Below, piece after piece: positions 1 through 17,026 of a stretch of DNA of 64,000 bases. The stretch is from the human T2T-CHM13v2.0 reference genome, Homo sapiens. The notes under the pieces were generated by a model. The model searched no databases. It was given only the letters and a program-made list of their open reading frames with translations, and was not told the origin of the DNA. Both the position numbers and the translations under genes were made by a program. Position 1 is the stretch's first letter, and each line of letters starts with the position of its first letter. The stretch lies in assembly GCF_009914755.1 (NCBI RefSeq), contig NC_060939.1; one strand, 5' to 3'.

Positions 1-106
1 GAAGCAGACATTTTTAAATAATATATCACTTTTATTAGTGTTATCTTATTTTCGATAATTGACACCTTATTCTGCTTGGAAGCAAAAGTTTAATTCAAAA
101 GGCCTA

Positions 107-424
<318 letters not shown>

Positions 425-496
425 CTATATATATGTGTGCTGTATATGTATGCGTATGTATATGTTGCTATATAATTTTTCTCTCTGCAGACTTTT

Positions 497-1025
<529 letters not shown>

Positions 1026-2195
1026 TAATTTTATTTTTATTGTATATATTTAAGGTGTACAACATGACGTCCTGATATACATATACATAGTTAAACGCTT
1101 ACTATAGTCAAGCCAATTAACCAATCCATCATCTCACATAGTTACCTTTCTTCATTTTTTTCTGTTTTTGGTAAGAGTGCCTAAAATCTGCTCTCTTAAC
1201 AAATTTCCAGTGCATAATACAATATTATTAACTATAGTCCTCATGCTGTATATTAGACATCTAGACTTACTCATCCTACATAACTGCAACTTTGCACTCT
1301 TTGACCTATGCCTCCCCATTTCCCACCTTCCCTATCTCTGGTAATCATCATTCCACTCACTGTTTCTATATATTTTACTTTCCTAGATGCCACATGTAAA
1401 AGTGATCATGCAGTACTTTTCTTTCTGTACATGGCTTATTTCACTCAGTATAATGTCCTCCAGATTCATCCATGTGGTTACGAAAAGAAGGATCTTTTTC
1501 GGAGGCTGAATAATATTCTGTTTATATATATATGTGATATATGTGATGTATACGTATATATGTGTATATATGTGATATATAGGTATATAAATCTATGCAT
1601 ATATGTGTGATATATATGTGTATATGTGATATATGTATACACATACATGTATGTTTGTATGTATATATGCGATATATAATATTCTGTTATATATGTGATA
1701 TGTGTGATATATATAAACAGAATATTATTCAGCCTCAAAAAAGATTCTTCTATTTTTGTAATATATTATATATATATATTATATATATATATATATATAT
1801 ATCACAATTTCTTTACCCAATCATCTGTAGATGGACACTAAGGCTGTTTCCATATCTTGGCTATTGTAAATAATGCTGCAATGAACATGAAAGTGCAGAT
1901 ATCTCTATGAGGTGCTGATCTAATTTCCTTTGGGTGTATATCCAGAAAAGGGATTGCCATGGATTGGTGGGTCGTATGGTAGTTTGGCCCATTTTTTTGA
2001 GGAACCGCCATACTGTTTCCATAAATGGCTGCAGCAATCTGCATTCCCACCAACAGGGTACAGGCGTTCCCCTTTCTTCACACCCTCACCAACACTTGCT
2101 ATCTCTTGTCTTTTTGATACATGTAACAGCCATTCTAATAAGTATAAAGTGATATATCATGTGGTTTTGATTTGTGTTGCCCTGATGATGAGTGA
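1026..2195 (-). mobile_element. L1MA-type 3' region, interrupted by an AT-rich microsatellite
   Basis: tgtatatatttaaggtgtacaacatg 3'-end motif; ORF 1838-2053 ([11 protein letters not shown]...CTFMFIAALFTIAKIWKQP) matches the L1 ORF2 C-terminus. Confidence 0.88.
1520..1802. repeat. Complex (TA)/(TATG)/(TGATA) low-complexity microsatellite
   Basis: Directly visible; includes an inverted copy of flanking L1 sequence (see findings). Confidence 0.9.
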
Positions 2196-5745
<3,550 letters not shown>

Positions 5746-5764
5746 TATTATTATTATTATTTTT

Positions 5765-6147
5765 AATTTAAATTAAATTTATCAGAGCTTACCTAAGCAA
5801 AGAACGATTTGAGAATCGGGCACCCTCCTGAGCCAGAGTAGGCGGAGAGAGACTCCAGTGCAGTCCCATGTTGGAAGAAGATGTATGACAGAACAAAGTA
5901 AGTGACGTACAGAAAATGGAAATGAGTTGTAGCAACAGCTGGATTGGTTACAGCTTAACATTTAAGTTATTTGAACATGGTTTAAACAGTAGGCTGTCTG
6001 TGATTGGCCAAAACTTGTTCATTTGCATGAGAGTAGGTTACAGTCTGTCTACACATCCAGTTAGGTTATAGTTCACTATGTGCGGGGAAACCTTTAGGCT
6101 GAACTTAAAATATGTAATGAGGCAGCTTTAGGCTAAACTTAATGTAA
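5765..6147 (-). mobile_element. MER57-family ERV1 solo LTR
   Basis: Right end ctttaggctgaacttaaaatatgtaatgaggcagctttaggctaaacttaa is the reverse complement of the recalled MER57 5' end; internal gattgg (CCAAT) motifs. Confidence 0.8.
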
Positions 6148-6149
6148 GT

Positions 6150-7140
6150 CAATTGATGAAATTATGAAATGGTTGGGTTTTAATCTACAGTCACATTATT
6201 TGTTTTATATTTTCCTTACCTTCTTTTGTACTGAGTCTTGCTATGATTCCATTTTATCTCCATTATTGACTTATTAGCTTTTTTGGCCTTACTTTTTTTA
6301 GTGGTTGCTATAGAGTTTATAGTATATAGCTTTGTCTTATCACAGCCTGCCTTCAAATAATATTGTAGACTTCATGTACAGTGAACCTTATAACAATATG
6401 TTTTTATTCCTACCCTGTTTTTCTTTGGACAATCATTATTCATTTTGTTTTTGCAGATGTTTTAATTGCCCCAATACAATATGTTTTTAAAAAATTTGCT
6501 TTATTCAATATCTTTCAGATAAATTAAAACATAAGAAAAATGTGTTTTATATTTACCCACATTTTACCACGTTGGCACTTTTCATTCCTTAGTGTGGATC
6601 CAAATTTCCATCTGCCACCATTTCCCTTCTGCCTGAAGAACTTAAAGTAGTGCATGGCTGTTGGCTGTGAATTCTTTCAGCTTTTGTTTGATTGGTGGGA
6701 ATAAAAATGATCTCCAGCCTGGGGATTGTTCAACCTACTGATTTCTGGTGGCTCTTCTCTTGGCCTGTGGTAGTTTCCTCTCAAGAATGTGCTAATCAGT
6801 GTTCAACTGAAGACTCATGGAGACTCCTCTGCAGTTCTCTAGAACCCTCTTTACGGTAGCACCCTCCTCTTCAGTGTTCTGCCTTTGTCCCCCGTTTAGC
6901 TGCTTCTGCCTTTCTGAAGTCTCTCTGTGTGCTGATCGTTCTCTCTTCAGTTTAGTGAGATCATTGGATTGTGTTTGGGTTTCCCCTCCCTGTATCACAG
7001 CAAAGCAGAAGCAATGATAAGGCTCATCTCATTTGAATCCCTTCTCTCGGTTATGGCAGTCTTGTGCTGCCTGTTGTTCAATTTTTGAAAACCACTGTTT
7101 CGCATAGTTAGTTGGGTTTTCCAGTTGCTTACATTACAGT
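6150..7140 (-). mobile_element. Continuation of old L1M (upstream part), highly decayed
   Basis: T-rich antisense-L1 composition and motifs such as cccttctgcctgaagaact and aattctttcagcttttgttt. Confidence 0.55.
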
Positions 7141-7164
7141 AAGCAGGTAAGTATGGTTTCTTTT

Positions 7165-7491
7165 CTTTTCTTTCTTTCTTTTTTCTTTTCTTTTTTTTTT
7201 TTTTGAGACAGGGCCTCACTCTGTCACCCAGACTGGAGTGCAGCGGCGCATTCTCGGCTCACCTCACTGCAACCTCTGCTTCCCAGGCTCAAGCGATTCT
7301 CATGCCTCAGCCTCCTGAATAGCTGGGATTACAGGCATGCGCCATCACACGTAGCTAATTTTTGTATTTTTAGTAAAGACGAGGTTTCACCATGTTGGCC
7401 AGGCTGGTCTCGATCTCCTGACCTCAAATGATCTACCCACCTCGGCCTCCCAAAGTGTTGGGATTACAGACGTCAGCCACCGCACCCGGCC
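7165..7491 (-). mobile_element. Alu SINE (AluS/Jb-type)
   Basis: Full antisense Alu; TSD tatggtttctttt on both sides. Confidence 0.96.
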
Positions 7492-7564
7492 AATATGGTT
7501 TCTTTTACTCCATCTTGGTCAGAAATGAAAACTCTTTCAGCAGACTAAAAAACAAAACAAAACA

Positions 7565-8007
7565 ACTCTTTCTTGAAATATAACATGCATGCAGAAAAGT
7601 GCCTGAGAGTTTTCAGTGTAGGGAATTTTTGTAATTGGGTCTATGTGTGTAACTAGCACCTGGATCAAGAATCAGAACATTGTCAGGACTCCAGTTGCCA
7701 TCTTTGGTTCTCTTCCAGTCTTACACCTCCCTAAGTTGAATGTCAGTCTGATTTCAAATTGTACAGGTTGTATTTTGCCTGTTTTTGAACTTTATGTAAG
7801 TGGAATATTGTAGTGTGGACTCTTTAGTGTCGGGCCTCTTAAGTATTTATTTGTAAAATTGCTGAATGCTGTTGTGTGTAGTTGTAGTTCACACATTATC
7901 ATTGTGGTACAGTAGTCCATTGAGTGCATTTGCACAATTGTTGGATTTTGGCTATGACTAATGCTAGTATCAGAACATTTTAGGTAATGTGTTTTGGTGA
8001 ATGTGTG

Positions 8008-8049
<42 letters not shown>

Positions 8050-8200
8050 GAACACAAATCTAGATGTTTAATTGTTGGGTCATAGGAGATGGATGTATGA
8101 AGCTTTAGTAGATATTACCAGAGTCTTCCAAAGTGTTGTATCCATTTACCTTTCTACCTGAAGTCGTTAGGCTTTCTGGTTGTTTAGGGATATTTTATTA
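7565..8200 (-). mobile_element. Ancient L1ME-type 3' fragment
   Basis: ttttgcctgtttttgaactttatgtaagtggaat is typical of antisense L1ME/MC 3' UTR. Confidence 0.65.
8008..8049. repeat. (TCTA)n tetranucleotide STR, about 10 units
   Basis: Perfect tandem run visible in sequence. Confidence 0.97.
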
Positions 8201-8296
8201 AAATCTTTCTATCCTCTGTAAGAATATACCCTATTCTCTGGGAATGTATACTCTTATTGAAAAGATCAGAGAACAAACAAAAGAAATAATTCATTA

Positions 8297-8646
<350 letters not shown>

Positions 8647-8921
8647 AAAAATTGAGGAAGTAGCATAGCAAAATCTTCAGAGGAAAGGTAGAACTTTGAA
8701 ATGGGGCCTCCAACAATGGCATTATTTGGAGAGGCCAATAGAAAGCATCTGGGATTCTAGGAAGGGCTACTGGCATAAGCCAAGTGGCTGAGATGCAGAT
8801 GATATGCAAGGTATATGGCTCAGTCATGTTTCACTCTAAAATCCAGCAAATCATTTATTCACCATTTTCACATTTCCTCTTCAGTGGCAGGCCATGTCCT
8901 GGATTTAAAGTGGAAGTCACA

Positions 8922-9217
8922 GGCTGGGCGTGGTGGCTCATGCGCTTAATCCCAGCACTCTGGGAGGCTGAGGCTAGTGGATGACCTGAGGTCAGGAGTT
9001 CAAGACCAGCCTGACCAACAAGGTAAAACCCCATCTCTACTAAAAAAAAAATACAAAAATTAGCCAGGCATGGTGGTGCACACCTGTAATCCTAGCTACT
9101 TGGGATGCTGAGGCAGGAGAATCACTTGAACCCTAAAAAAAGCAGAGGTTGCAGTGAGTCAAGATGGCACCATTGCACTCCAGCCTAGGCAACAGAGCGG
9201 GCACTCCATCTCAAAAA

Positions 9218-9249
<32 letters not shown>

Positions 9250-9259
9250 AAATAAATAA
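8922..9259 (+). mobile_element. Alu SINE (AluS-type) with (AAAT)n tail
   Basis: Perfect 16-bp TSD taaagtggaagtcaca at 8906-8921 and 9260-9275. Confidence 0.97.
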
Positions 9260-9774
9260 TAAAGTGGAAGTCACACCCTCAAGCTGCTATCAGCTTGTTG
9301 TGGAGGCCAATGAGTATGTCACAGTGTTGGGTGCAGTTTTGTGATATGGGTTATTTAAATGTAACACATGTCTGGGAAATAGCAAGATTCATTAAGCCTC
9401 TGAGGCTCTTGCATAGGTCATAATAATGTCCTAAATGCATAAGGTGCAGGCTGAAATTATGTGCCTCCAGGACACCCAGCACTCTCCTTTTTGTCAGGCA
9501 AAAGGAACAGCTCCATGTGGTCACCAAGGTACATCATGTTCCCTTAATTTCCATTTCCTTTTCTTTTTCCCCCAGGAAACCCAGGGAAGTAATCAGAGTC
9601 AGTGGCTTCCTCCCACAACTACCACAAAACCAAAACAGGATTTGCTCCAACCAGGTCTTCTCTGAGCTTATCTAAAGCCTCCACCTCCACTTCCCCAGCA
9701 GAATTTTCAATGGAGTGGAAAAGAGCCTTTGCAACAGGACATTTTGATGAACAGGCACCAGGGCCAGATAAAAA

Positions 9775-9970
9775 CCTAGGTTCACATTCTAGCTCTGCCC
9801 CTCTGAGTCATTTTGGTAAAATTCCCTATCTCTCTAAGCCTCAGTCTCCTTAACTGTAAATGGAGGTGTTATTAACCTCATCGGATTGTCGTGAGGATAG
9901 AATAAAAGGATACCTGAGCAGCACTCAGTCTGGTGTCTGCCCCAGAATAAGCACTTAACAAATAGCTATG
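9775..9970 (+). mobile_element. MIR SINE
   Basis: Core ctctctaagcctcagtctccttaactgtaaatggag...acctcatcggattgtcgtgaggat. Confidence 0.8.
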
Positions 9971-11129
9971 ATTCATTTTTTTTTAAACCTAGAATAGTCT
10001 GAATGGCATTACAGTACTAGTGTGTAACTGGTGCCAAATGTGTATGTATCAACCTTCCACCACATCCCATATGAAAGTCTGCAGAGGAACAGTGGGTTCA
10101 CTGCTAGCTACTAGGGAAACTTAAAGGATGCAGCTATGAGCAGGAAGAGTTGAGCATGGCAGGGATCATAAAGCACCTTGTTTCCTATATTGTAAGGCCT
10201 AAGGTAGAAGTGGTTGAGGTGAAAATGTACTGGCTGGGTGAGATGGGAGCCTGGTAAAGAAGTCAAGTGGCCAGCTTGGCTTTCATAGGGGGAGTCCCAC
10301 TGGAGGCAGATCCATTGTGTAGCCAAGGGTCACATATTCCACATCCCACATGGAGATGCACGGTCTGACAATCTTAATGTGCCCACGGATACTCCAGAGC
10401 AGGATATTTGAAATAGGAATTGCCAGAAATATTTCATTGCTGCATTTACATAGATATTTTTTGGACATGTTTATTCACTTTCAGGGTGTGGAGCTTCCTA
10501 TATTTTTCCCCTAGATAAAAGTACAAAGTAATCTCTCATCTAATTTGATTTTGGTGTCATTCCTTCTAATAAGCAATCAGTATATCTATCTGTAAGTGTC
10601 CACACGAAAATACTTTGAAGAGTCCCTGGCTATAGTTAAGTGGATTTCTGAGTTAAAAGTGAACAAAAACCAAAAAACAGGAATGATGATATCCACAGAC
10701 ATATTTTCTTAAAAACTATTAAGGGAAATTATTGCCACTTTCTATTTATCTCTGAAATACCGATCTTTCTTAAATAAAGTGGGCTATGTATTTGGTCCAG
10801 AAAGTCCACTTTAGAATAGTGTAATCTTTCTGCACATTCTTTCAAAGAAAGTTGCTGTGGGAGAAAAACGATCAGACCAACTAAAGATAAAAATAGACAC
10901 GGTGAACTTCTGAACGTCAAACTCTGTGATCTTTAGGCTAAACAAAGAATTACTGAGAGTCAATTTCCTATATAGGGAATTTACCAAATGCCTACATTTT
11001 CTAGAGTAAGTAGGAGACTGTGAGAAGTGATGCAGAAATACTAAGCATGATACCATTTAAAGTATTTAATATTCTTAAATAAGAAGATAAATCTTGTTTT
11101 TTCCTTGGCAAACAATTTTAACAGTAGCT

Positions 11130-11600
11130 GAGATTTACTGAATATTCGATCATCGTCGGGTGTGTGCTAAACGTTTTAAGTGTGTTATTTCATTTAGTAG
11201 ATCGGGGGGCGGAGGCGGTGATCTGGCTGCAACATCTGTCAACCCATTAATCGCCAGCGTTGATTCTGCTCATCTGGCTGGCTAAGCAGGTGTCCCCTTC
11301 CTCTCTCACCACTCCATGTGTGTCCCTCCAGAGCTGCAGGCTTGGTTGAAGAGGACAAACTTCCCTGATAGAGGGAGACTATTCTTCGATCAGGGGTATG
11401 TGACTAGCTGCCCTCCCCAGCTAGAACCTCCAAACAAGCTTACTTAGAGCTCACAGAACTGTAGGAAGTTTGATAACGCTATGCTCCCCATTTTGTTATT
11501 GAGGAAACTGACTTAGGGAGCTTCTGAATCTTGGCTTGGCTCCTCAACTGATCGGCTGCAGAGTGTAGACCCAGCCTGGTCTGTCCTATACCAAATCCCC
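11130..11600 (-). mobile_element. MIR SINE split by the 7SK pseudogene
   Basis: gtgctaaacgttttaagtgtgttatttcatttag on the left, ccccattttgttattgaggaaactga on the right. Confidence 0.65.
11210..11440 (+). pseudogene. 7SK snRNA retropseudogene (RN7SKP-type), 3'-truncated
   Basis: Colinear with 7SK from gatctggctgcaacatctgtc through ctagaacctccaaacaagct, with many CpG-decay substitutions; lacks roughly the last 90 nt; no Pol III upstream promoter evident. Confidence 0.95.
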
Positions 11601-13849
11601 ACGACTCAGCTGGGCATGGAGGAGAGAGACCTCTTGTCACCTCTCTTGAGTTTCCAGTAAGATTCTGCTTCTGTTCTGCTTCTCTTATTATAACTGATAT
11701 TCTAAAGGAAAAGTTTCCTTGGTGAAAACCAACATGATGGTTTCTGGCCCAAACCCATGGGTGGGGTTGTTAAGTTTAAGCAACTCTTTCCCTCACTCCC
11801 ACCCCTTCTGGTACCTTCAGCAGAGTCTTGATTTCTACCTAAAGCTCCTAAGGAGGCTCCAAGTGCCGTTATCCTTTAGGGGAGGGAGGGAACTTGCAAG
11901 ACAGAAAGACTTTAGTAATTCTGGTGAATTTAGTGGTTTGAAAGCAGAACATTTTTTGGTCTTTAAAAATCAATAGGCTTTATTTCTAGAAAACACAGTT
12001 GCAACATTAACCAAATAAAAATTGTAATGCGCTGCCCAAACATAACCAGTTTTACATAGTAAAACCCAAACACGGTCAAAGGGCACATGCAGTTTAGTAG
12101 GGATTAGTTTTACTTTATATTACGGACACATTTTGACAGCATCCCTCTTTGTTTCTCCACACCCTTAAATATATCTGCATAGGAGCCCAATCATGGCTGT
12201 GGATGCAACAACACCTAGTGTTTTGCTGAGAATCTTCTATGTTCTGGACCTGTACTAAGAATTCCACACTCTTTGCTCGTTTAATGCCATGGTGAACTTA
12301 ATCAATTCCCTTTGGCTGGACACTTTCTTTTCTTCTTTTCTACGGGTAGGGGCACTATTATAAATAATCATGGATGTGCACGAAAATTTAACTATGTTTA
12401 TTACAATTTTGTTTTATTTTACTCAGTTTTTAAAGGTGGATTTTCTTGCTGGAGAGGGAGGTAATTTTGCAAATCAGAATTGACACAGAGGTCCTCAAGG
12501 CAGCTGCTGCTGCTTCTTAACCATAAAGCTGTGCTGTGGCCAGTTGGAGGTTCGGGACACTCCTGGTCCCTCACTTTGAGGCTTTGTGAGGTTCCACGTT
12601 AGGATAAACAGCCAAACACTAAGCACCCTTGCTGAAGAAGAAGGGGAGCCGCCCCTCCCTCTCCGCCTTAACAAAGGAGTGACTGGGGATGAGTGCTTCA
12701 AACATGTGTTATGTTGAAGACTTCTGATTAACAATGAAACAGGTTATCAGCATTGTCCTTTTTCCAATATCCTTTCTGGAAGAAGCCCAGTCATTAAAAG
12801 TACTTTGCTTTGTGGTTGAAATGGATACTTTCATGATGCCAGCTACTCTGTAGATCACCTGTCAGGTATTACATGCAACATTATTACTTCACCAGAAATC
12901 AGACTGTGATCACAGTGCCTATCTGTGAGCACAAGCTACAGTCTGCACACATTTTCTGGACATTCGTAATTGGGCCCAGTGGATGTATCCATCGCCACCA
13001 CCTTACCTGGCAATGCAATGTCAAAAGTGGAGTGGGTTGGGGACTGAATGGGCTCTGCCACACTATGATCCAGAATGTTCCAACTCTGGGTTCTGAGGGA
13101 TTTGGTTCCCATGAAGAACTCAGAAATCAGCAATTTTGCTTGGAAAGAGTTTATTCACCTTGGATTTGGTGGATATGGAGGTTTTGTATGGTGATTCTGT
13201 GTTTAGATAAATGCTTAAATATGAAGAGCAGAGAAAATCACTATGTCTTCTTGTGTATCACACTTTAGAGAGGCAAAGACCAGGATGCAAAGGATAAAAA
13301 GAATCTGGATTAGCTCTGGGATTTTCAGTAAAGGGAGGTTCCGGTAGGATGCAGTAGCCAGGAACATGGGTTCTTAAGCGGGACCACCTAGCACTGCTTC
13401 CCGCTGACTGTATTCAACATTTTTAAGCCTAAAATTCCCCTACAGAAAATAATAGCAATTACCTCATTGGGTTGTTTCCAGGATTAAGTAATACAATCTG
13501 CTTTATATAAACATTCAAAAAAGGGTTAACTACTCTTACTTTGGTCTACTTGCATATTTCAAAATTTCCCAAAGTTTTAAAAATATGGAATAAGAATCAA
13601 ATAATGCATGCCTGTAATATTATAATCCAGATCTAATAGCTGCTAATTCTTTTTATAATTTTTTGCATTTACAAACATAATCAAAGAGAAAAAACATTAC
13701 GCATCAAGTTGCATCTCTTTATAATACTCCACCTGTTCCTAAGCCCCTTTTTGCCCTCTCAAGAAACACTCACTATCATATCCTTCTAGCTGTTTTATAT
13801 TCTTCTCCATACTTATGATTACCTCCCAAATAGTGTGAGAAGCAGTGTG

Positions 13850-14080
13850 TTCCCCTGGGTAAGGGCATGGGCTTTGGAGTTAAACCCACCTAGAGTAATT
13901 CAGGGCTCATCACTCCGTGACCTCCTGTCCTGAGACCTTAATTTGTCCAATGTTGCATCATTGTAAATCCCAGTTTCTTTAATGTGGATATGAAAAAACA
14001 CCATATATTTCACAGGGGAGTTATGAGGATGTGAGAACTATGATCAAGCACTTAACTTCACATGTTCAAAGTGCTCACTA
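13850..14080 (+). mobile_element. MIR SINE
   Basis: gggtaagggcatgggctttggagtta...cccagtttctttaatgtgga...ggagttatgaggat. Confidence 0.7.
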
Positions 14081-14089
14081 GAAGTATCA

Positions 14090-14540
14090 TCTGGTAGCTT
14101 GCTTTTAACATTTATCCTAATGTTTTTGAGATGTAGCCTTGTTGATACCAATAAATAGAATTAATTTATTTAAACTCCTGCATAGTATTTCAGCATATAC
14201 ATAAGGCACAGTTTTTTTCATTTGATGGATACTAATTTTTTCCACTTTTTTTTTTTTTTGCAATTACAAACAATCTATAGCAAATATCTTAGTGTATGTC
14301 TTCTTAGAGTTCTTCTACAGAAAATAGGCACAGAATTGTTGGTCTGTAGGGTATGTGTATTTTCAGCTGCTTTACATATTGCCAAATTCCTCCCCTAAGT
14401 TATATTAATTTGCCCTCCCATCAGCTATATACTCCTATTTTTCCTCATCCTTAATATTTGATATTATCAGAATGTAAATTTTGCCATATAATGAATATAA
14501 AATGGCATTTCATAGTTGTTCATATTTTTTATTTCTTGGA
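14090..14540 (-). mobile_element. Ancient L1ME-type fragment
   Basis: tttgcaattacaaacaat...gggtatgtgtattttcagc...attgccaaatt...ctcccatcagc, antisense L1 ORF2-end pattern. Confidence 0.6.
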
Positions 14541-15009
14541 GCTACTCTCCCATACTACAAAGTTGTCATATAAGTCGGTTTGGATCTGTGGGTTTAGAAT
14601 AGGGGACATTGGAACTGGGCCAATAATTTGAAGGACAGCCTGAGACATAACTTAAGTGGACCAGGATGAGTGTCCAATGGCTTGACTCATCAGCTTTCAA
14701 ACTGTGCTGTACTGGTCCCATGAGCATCCTTGCAAAGCCTTCAGGGGTCTGGCAGTGGGGGTAGGTTGGGTCCCAGAAACAAAAGGGCAGGCAGAGCAGG
14801 GACTCTGAGGCTGTTTCAATCAGAGTATCTCTGCCTATATCGGTTTTGTGGGCTCTTGTATACAATTTCACTTGAATAGCGTGTTCAGTGGGTAAAATAA
14901 GTTTGAAAACCAGCAGATAAGAAGGAAGACAATAGACTCCAAAAGAAGATCAGAATTGGTCAAAATGACTCTCATAATACTAATTTTTTTTTTGCTTTTT
15001 TTAATTCTT

Positions 15010-15382
15010 ATTTTTTTATGGGTGTTCAGTGGAACTTTCCAGCAGCCATTGGCTGTGTGATATCACATCAGATAAAACACAGGAGCAGATATGAGCATCC
15101 AGCTGTTTCTTATTAAGCCAAACTCTAAATAAGTTTGTAAAAATGTACAATAATCCTACACTTCTCATTATCTTTTTTCTTTGGAAAATGTATTAACATA
15201 CAATGGTTCATTTTTATTTCAAAATAAGTTACTAAATTAATATTTACATACTTCTTAATTTTAATTTCAAATGCTGTAAATGCTGACAGACATAACCTTC
15301 AGCAACACAAGCTTTCTGTGTGCTTACTATTTTCTGTCAGAGCATAAAGGGATCGTGAGACCAAAAAGTTTGAGACTCTCTG
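15010..15382 (+). mobile_element. Charlie1-type hAT DNA transposon 3' end
   Basis: atatgagcatccagctgtttcttattaagcca...aagggatcgtgagaccaaaaagtttgagactctctg matches the recalled Charlie1a/b terminus. Confidence 0.8.
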
Positions 15383-15591
15383 ATGTAATAAAAAGAAATT
15401 AGGCATTTTCTGGGAGGATCTTGTTGGAGGGAGATTGGGATCCTATTGTCAAGCAGCTAAGCTTTGGATTTCATCAATGTAATCACTGATATACAAATGC
15501 TCAGAGCTTCCAGACTGTGGAGGTGGTTGGAAAGAAGGACTGGGGGTTAACAGACATGGGAGCTGGTTCTGAGGAAGAGAACATGTGATAA

Positions 15592-17026
15592 TGTGTCCGG
15601 AATTGGTGGGTTCTTGGTCTCACTGACTTCAAGAATGAAGCCGCGGACCCTGGCAGTGAGTGTTACAGCTCTTAAGGTGGCGCGTCTGGAGTTTGTTCCT
15701 TCTGCTATTCGGATGTGTTCAGAGTTTTCTCCTTCTGGTGGGTTCGTGGTCTCACTGGCTCAGGAGTGAAGCTGCAGACCTTCGCGGTGAGTGTTACAGC
15801 TCTTAAGGTGGCGCGTCTGCAGTTGTTTGTTCCTCCCGGTGGGCTCGTGGGCTCGCTGGCTTCAGGAGTGAAACTACTGACCTTCCCTGGTAAGTGTTAC
15901 AACTCATAAAAGCAGTGTGGACCCAAAGAGTGAGCAGTAGCAAGATTTATTGCAAAGAGCAAAAGAACAAATCTCCCACAGTGAGGAAGGGAACCCGAGC
16001 GGCTTGCCACCGCTGGCTGGGGCAGCCTGCTTTTAATCTCTTATCTGGCCCCACCCACATCCTGCTGATTGGTAGAGCCCAGTGGCCTGTTTTGACAGGG
16101 TGCTGATTGGTGCCTTTACAATCCCTGAGCTAGGTATAAAGGTTCTCCACGTGCCCATCAGATTAGTTAGATACAGAGTATTGACACACAGGTTCTCCAA
16201 GTCCCCACCAGAGCAGCTAGATACAGAGCGTCGACTGGTGCACTCACAAACCCTGAGCTAGACACAGGGTGCTGATTGGTGTGTTTACAAACCTTGAGCT
16301 AGATACAGAGTGCCCATTGGTGTATTTACAATCCCTGAGCTACAAATAAAGGTTCTCCACGTCCCCACCAGACTCAGGAACCCAGCTGGCTTCACCCAGT
16401 GGATCCCGCACCGGGGCTGCAGGTGGCGCTGCCTGCCAGTCTCAGTGCCATGCGCCCGCACTCCTCAGCCCTTGGGTGGTCGATGGGACTGGGTGCCGTG
16501 GAGCAGGGGGCGGTGCTCGTCGGGGAGGCTCAGGCCGCACAGGAGCCCCCGGGGCGGGGGCGGTGCTCAGGCATGGCGGGCTGCAGGTCCCGAGCCCTGC
16601 CCCGCAGGGAGGCAGCTAAGGCCCGGCGAGAAATCGAGCGCAGCGCCAGCGGGCCCCCGGCACTGCTGGGGGACCCAGTACACCCTCCGCGGCCGCTGGC
16701 CCGGGTGCTAAGCCCCTCATTGCCCGAGGCCGGCAGGGCCGGCCAGCTGCTCCGAGTGCGGAGCCCGCCAAGCCCACGCCCACCCGGAACTCCAGCTGGT
16801 CCGCAAGCGCCGCGCGCAGCCCCGGTTCCCGCCAGCGCCTCTCCCTCCACACCTCCCTGCAAGCTGAGGGAGCCGGCTCCGGCCTAGGCCAGCCCAGAAA
16901 GGGGCTCCCATAGTGCAGCGGAGGGCTGAAGGGCTCCTCAAGTGCCACCAAAGTGGGAGCCCAGGCAGAGGAGGCGCCGAGAGCGAGCGAGGGCTGTGAG
17001 GACTGCCAGCACGCTGTCACCTTTCA
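15592..17026 (-). mobile_element. ERV9 solo LTR (LTR12C-like), full length, 1435 bp
   Basis: Termini tgtgtccggaattggtggg and gctgtcacctttca; perfect 4-bp TSD ATAA at 15588-15591 and 17027-17030; CpG-rich U3 and tandem U3/U5 subrepeats. Confidence 0.97.
16025..16360 (-). promoter_or_regulatory. LTR12 U3 promoter/enhancer (NF-Y CCAAT array, GATA, CACCC box, TATA-like box)
   Basis: ATTGG at about 16068, 16106, 16275 and 16316; cttatct (GATA) and ccccaccc at about 16040-16057; known ERV9 promoter architecture; activity at this copy is unproven. Confidence 0.7.

Noticed and set aside
16310-17020. Longest overlapping ORFs (110-162 aa) on both strands
   Set aside because: Entirely within the GC-rich LTR12C U3; open frames reflect scarcity of stop codons, and no protein family is recognisable
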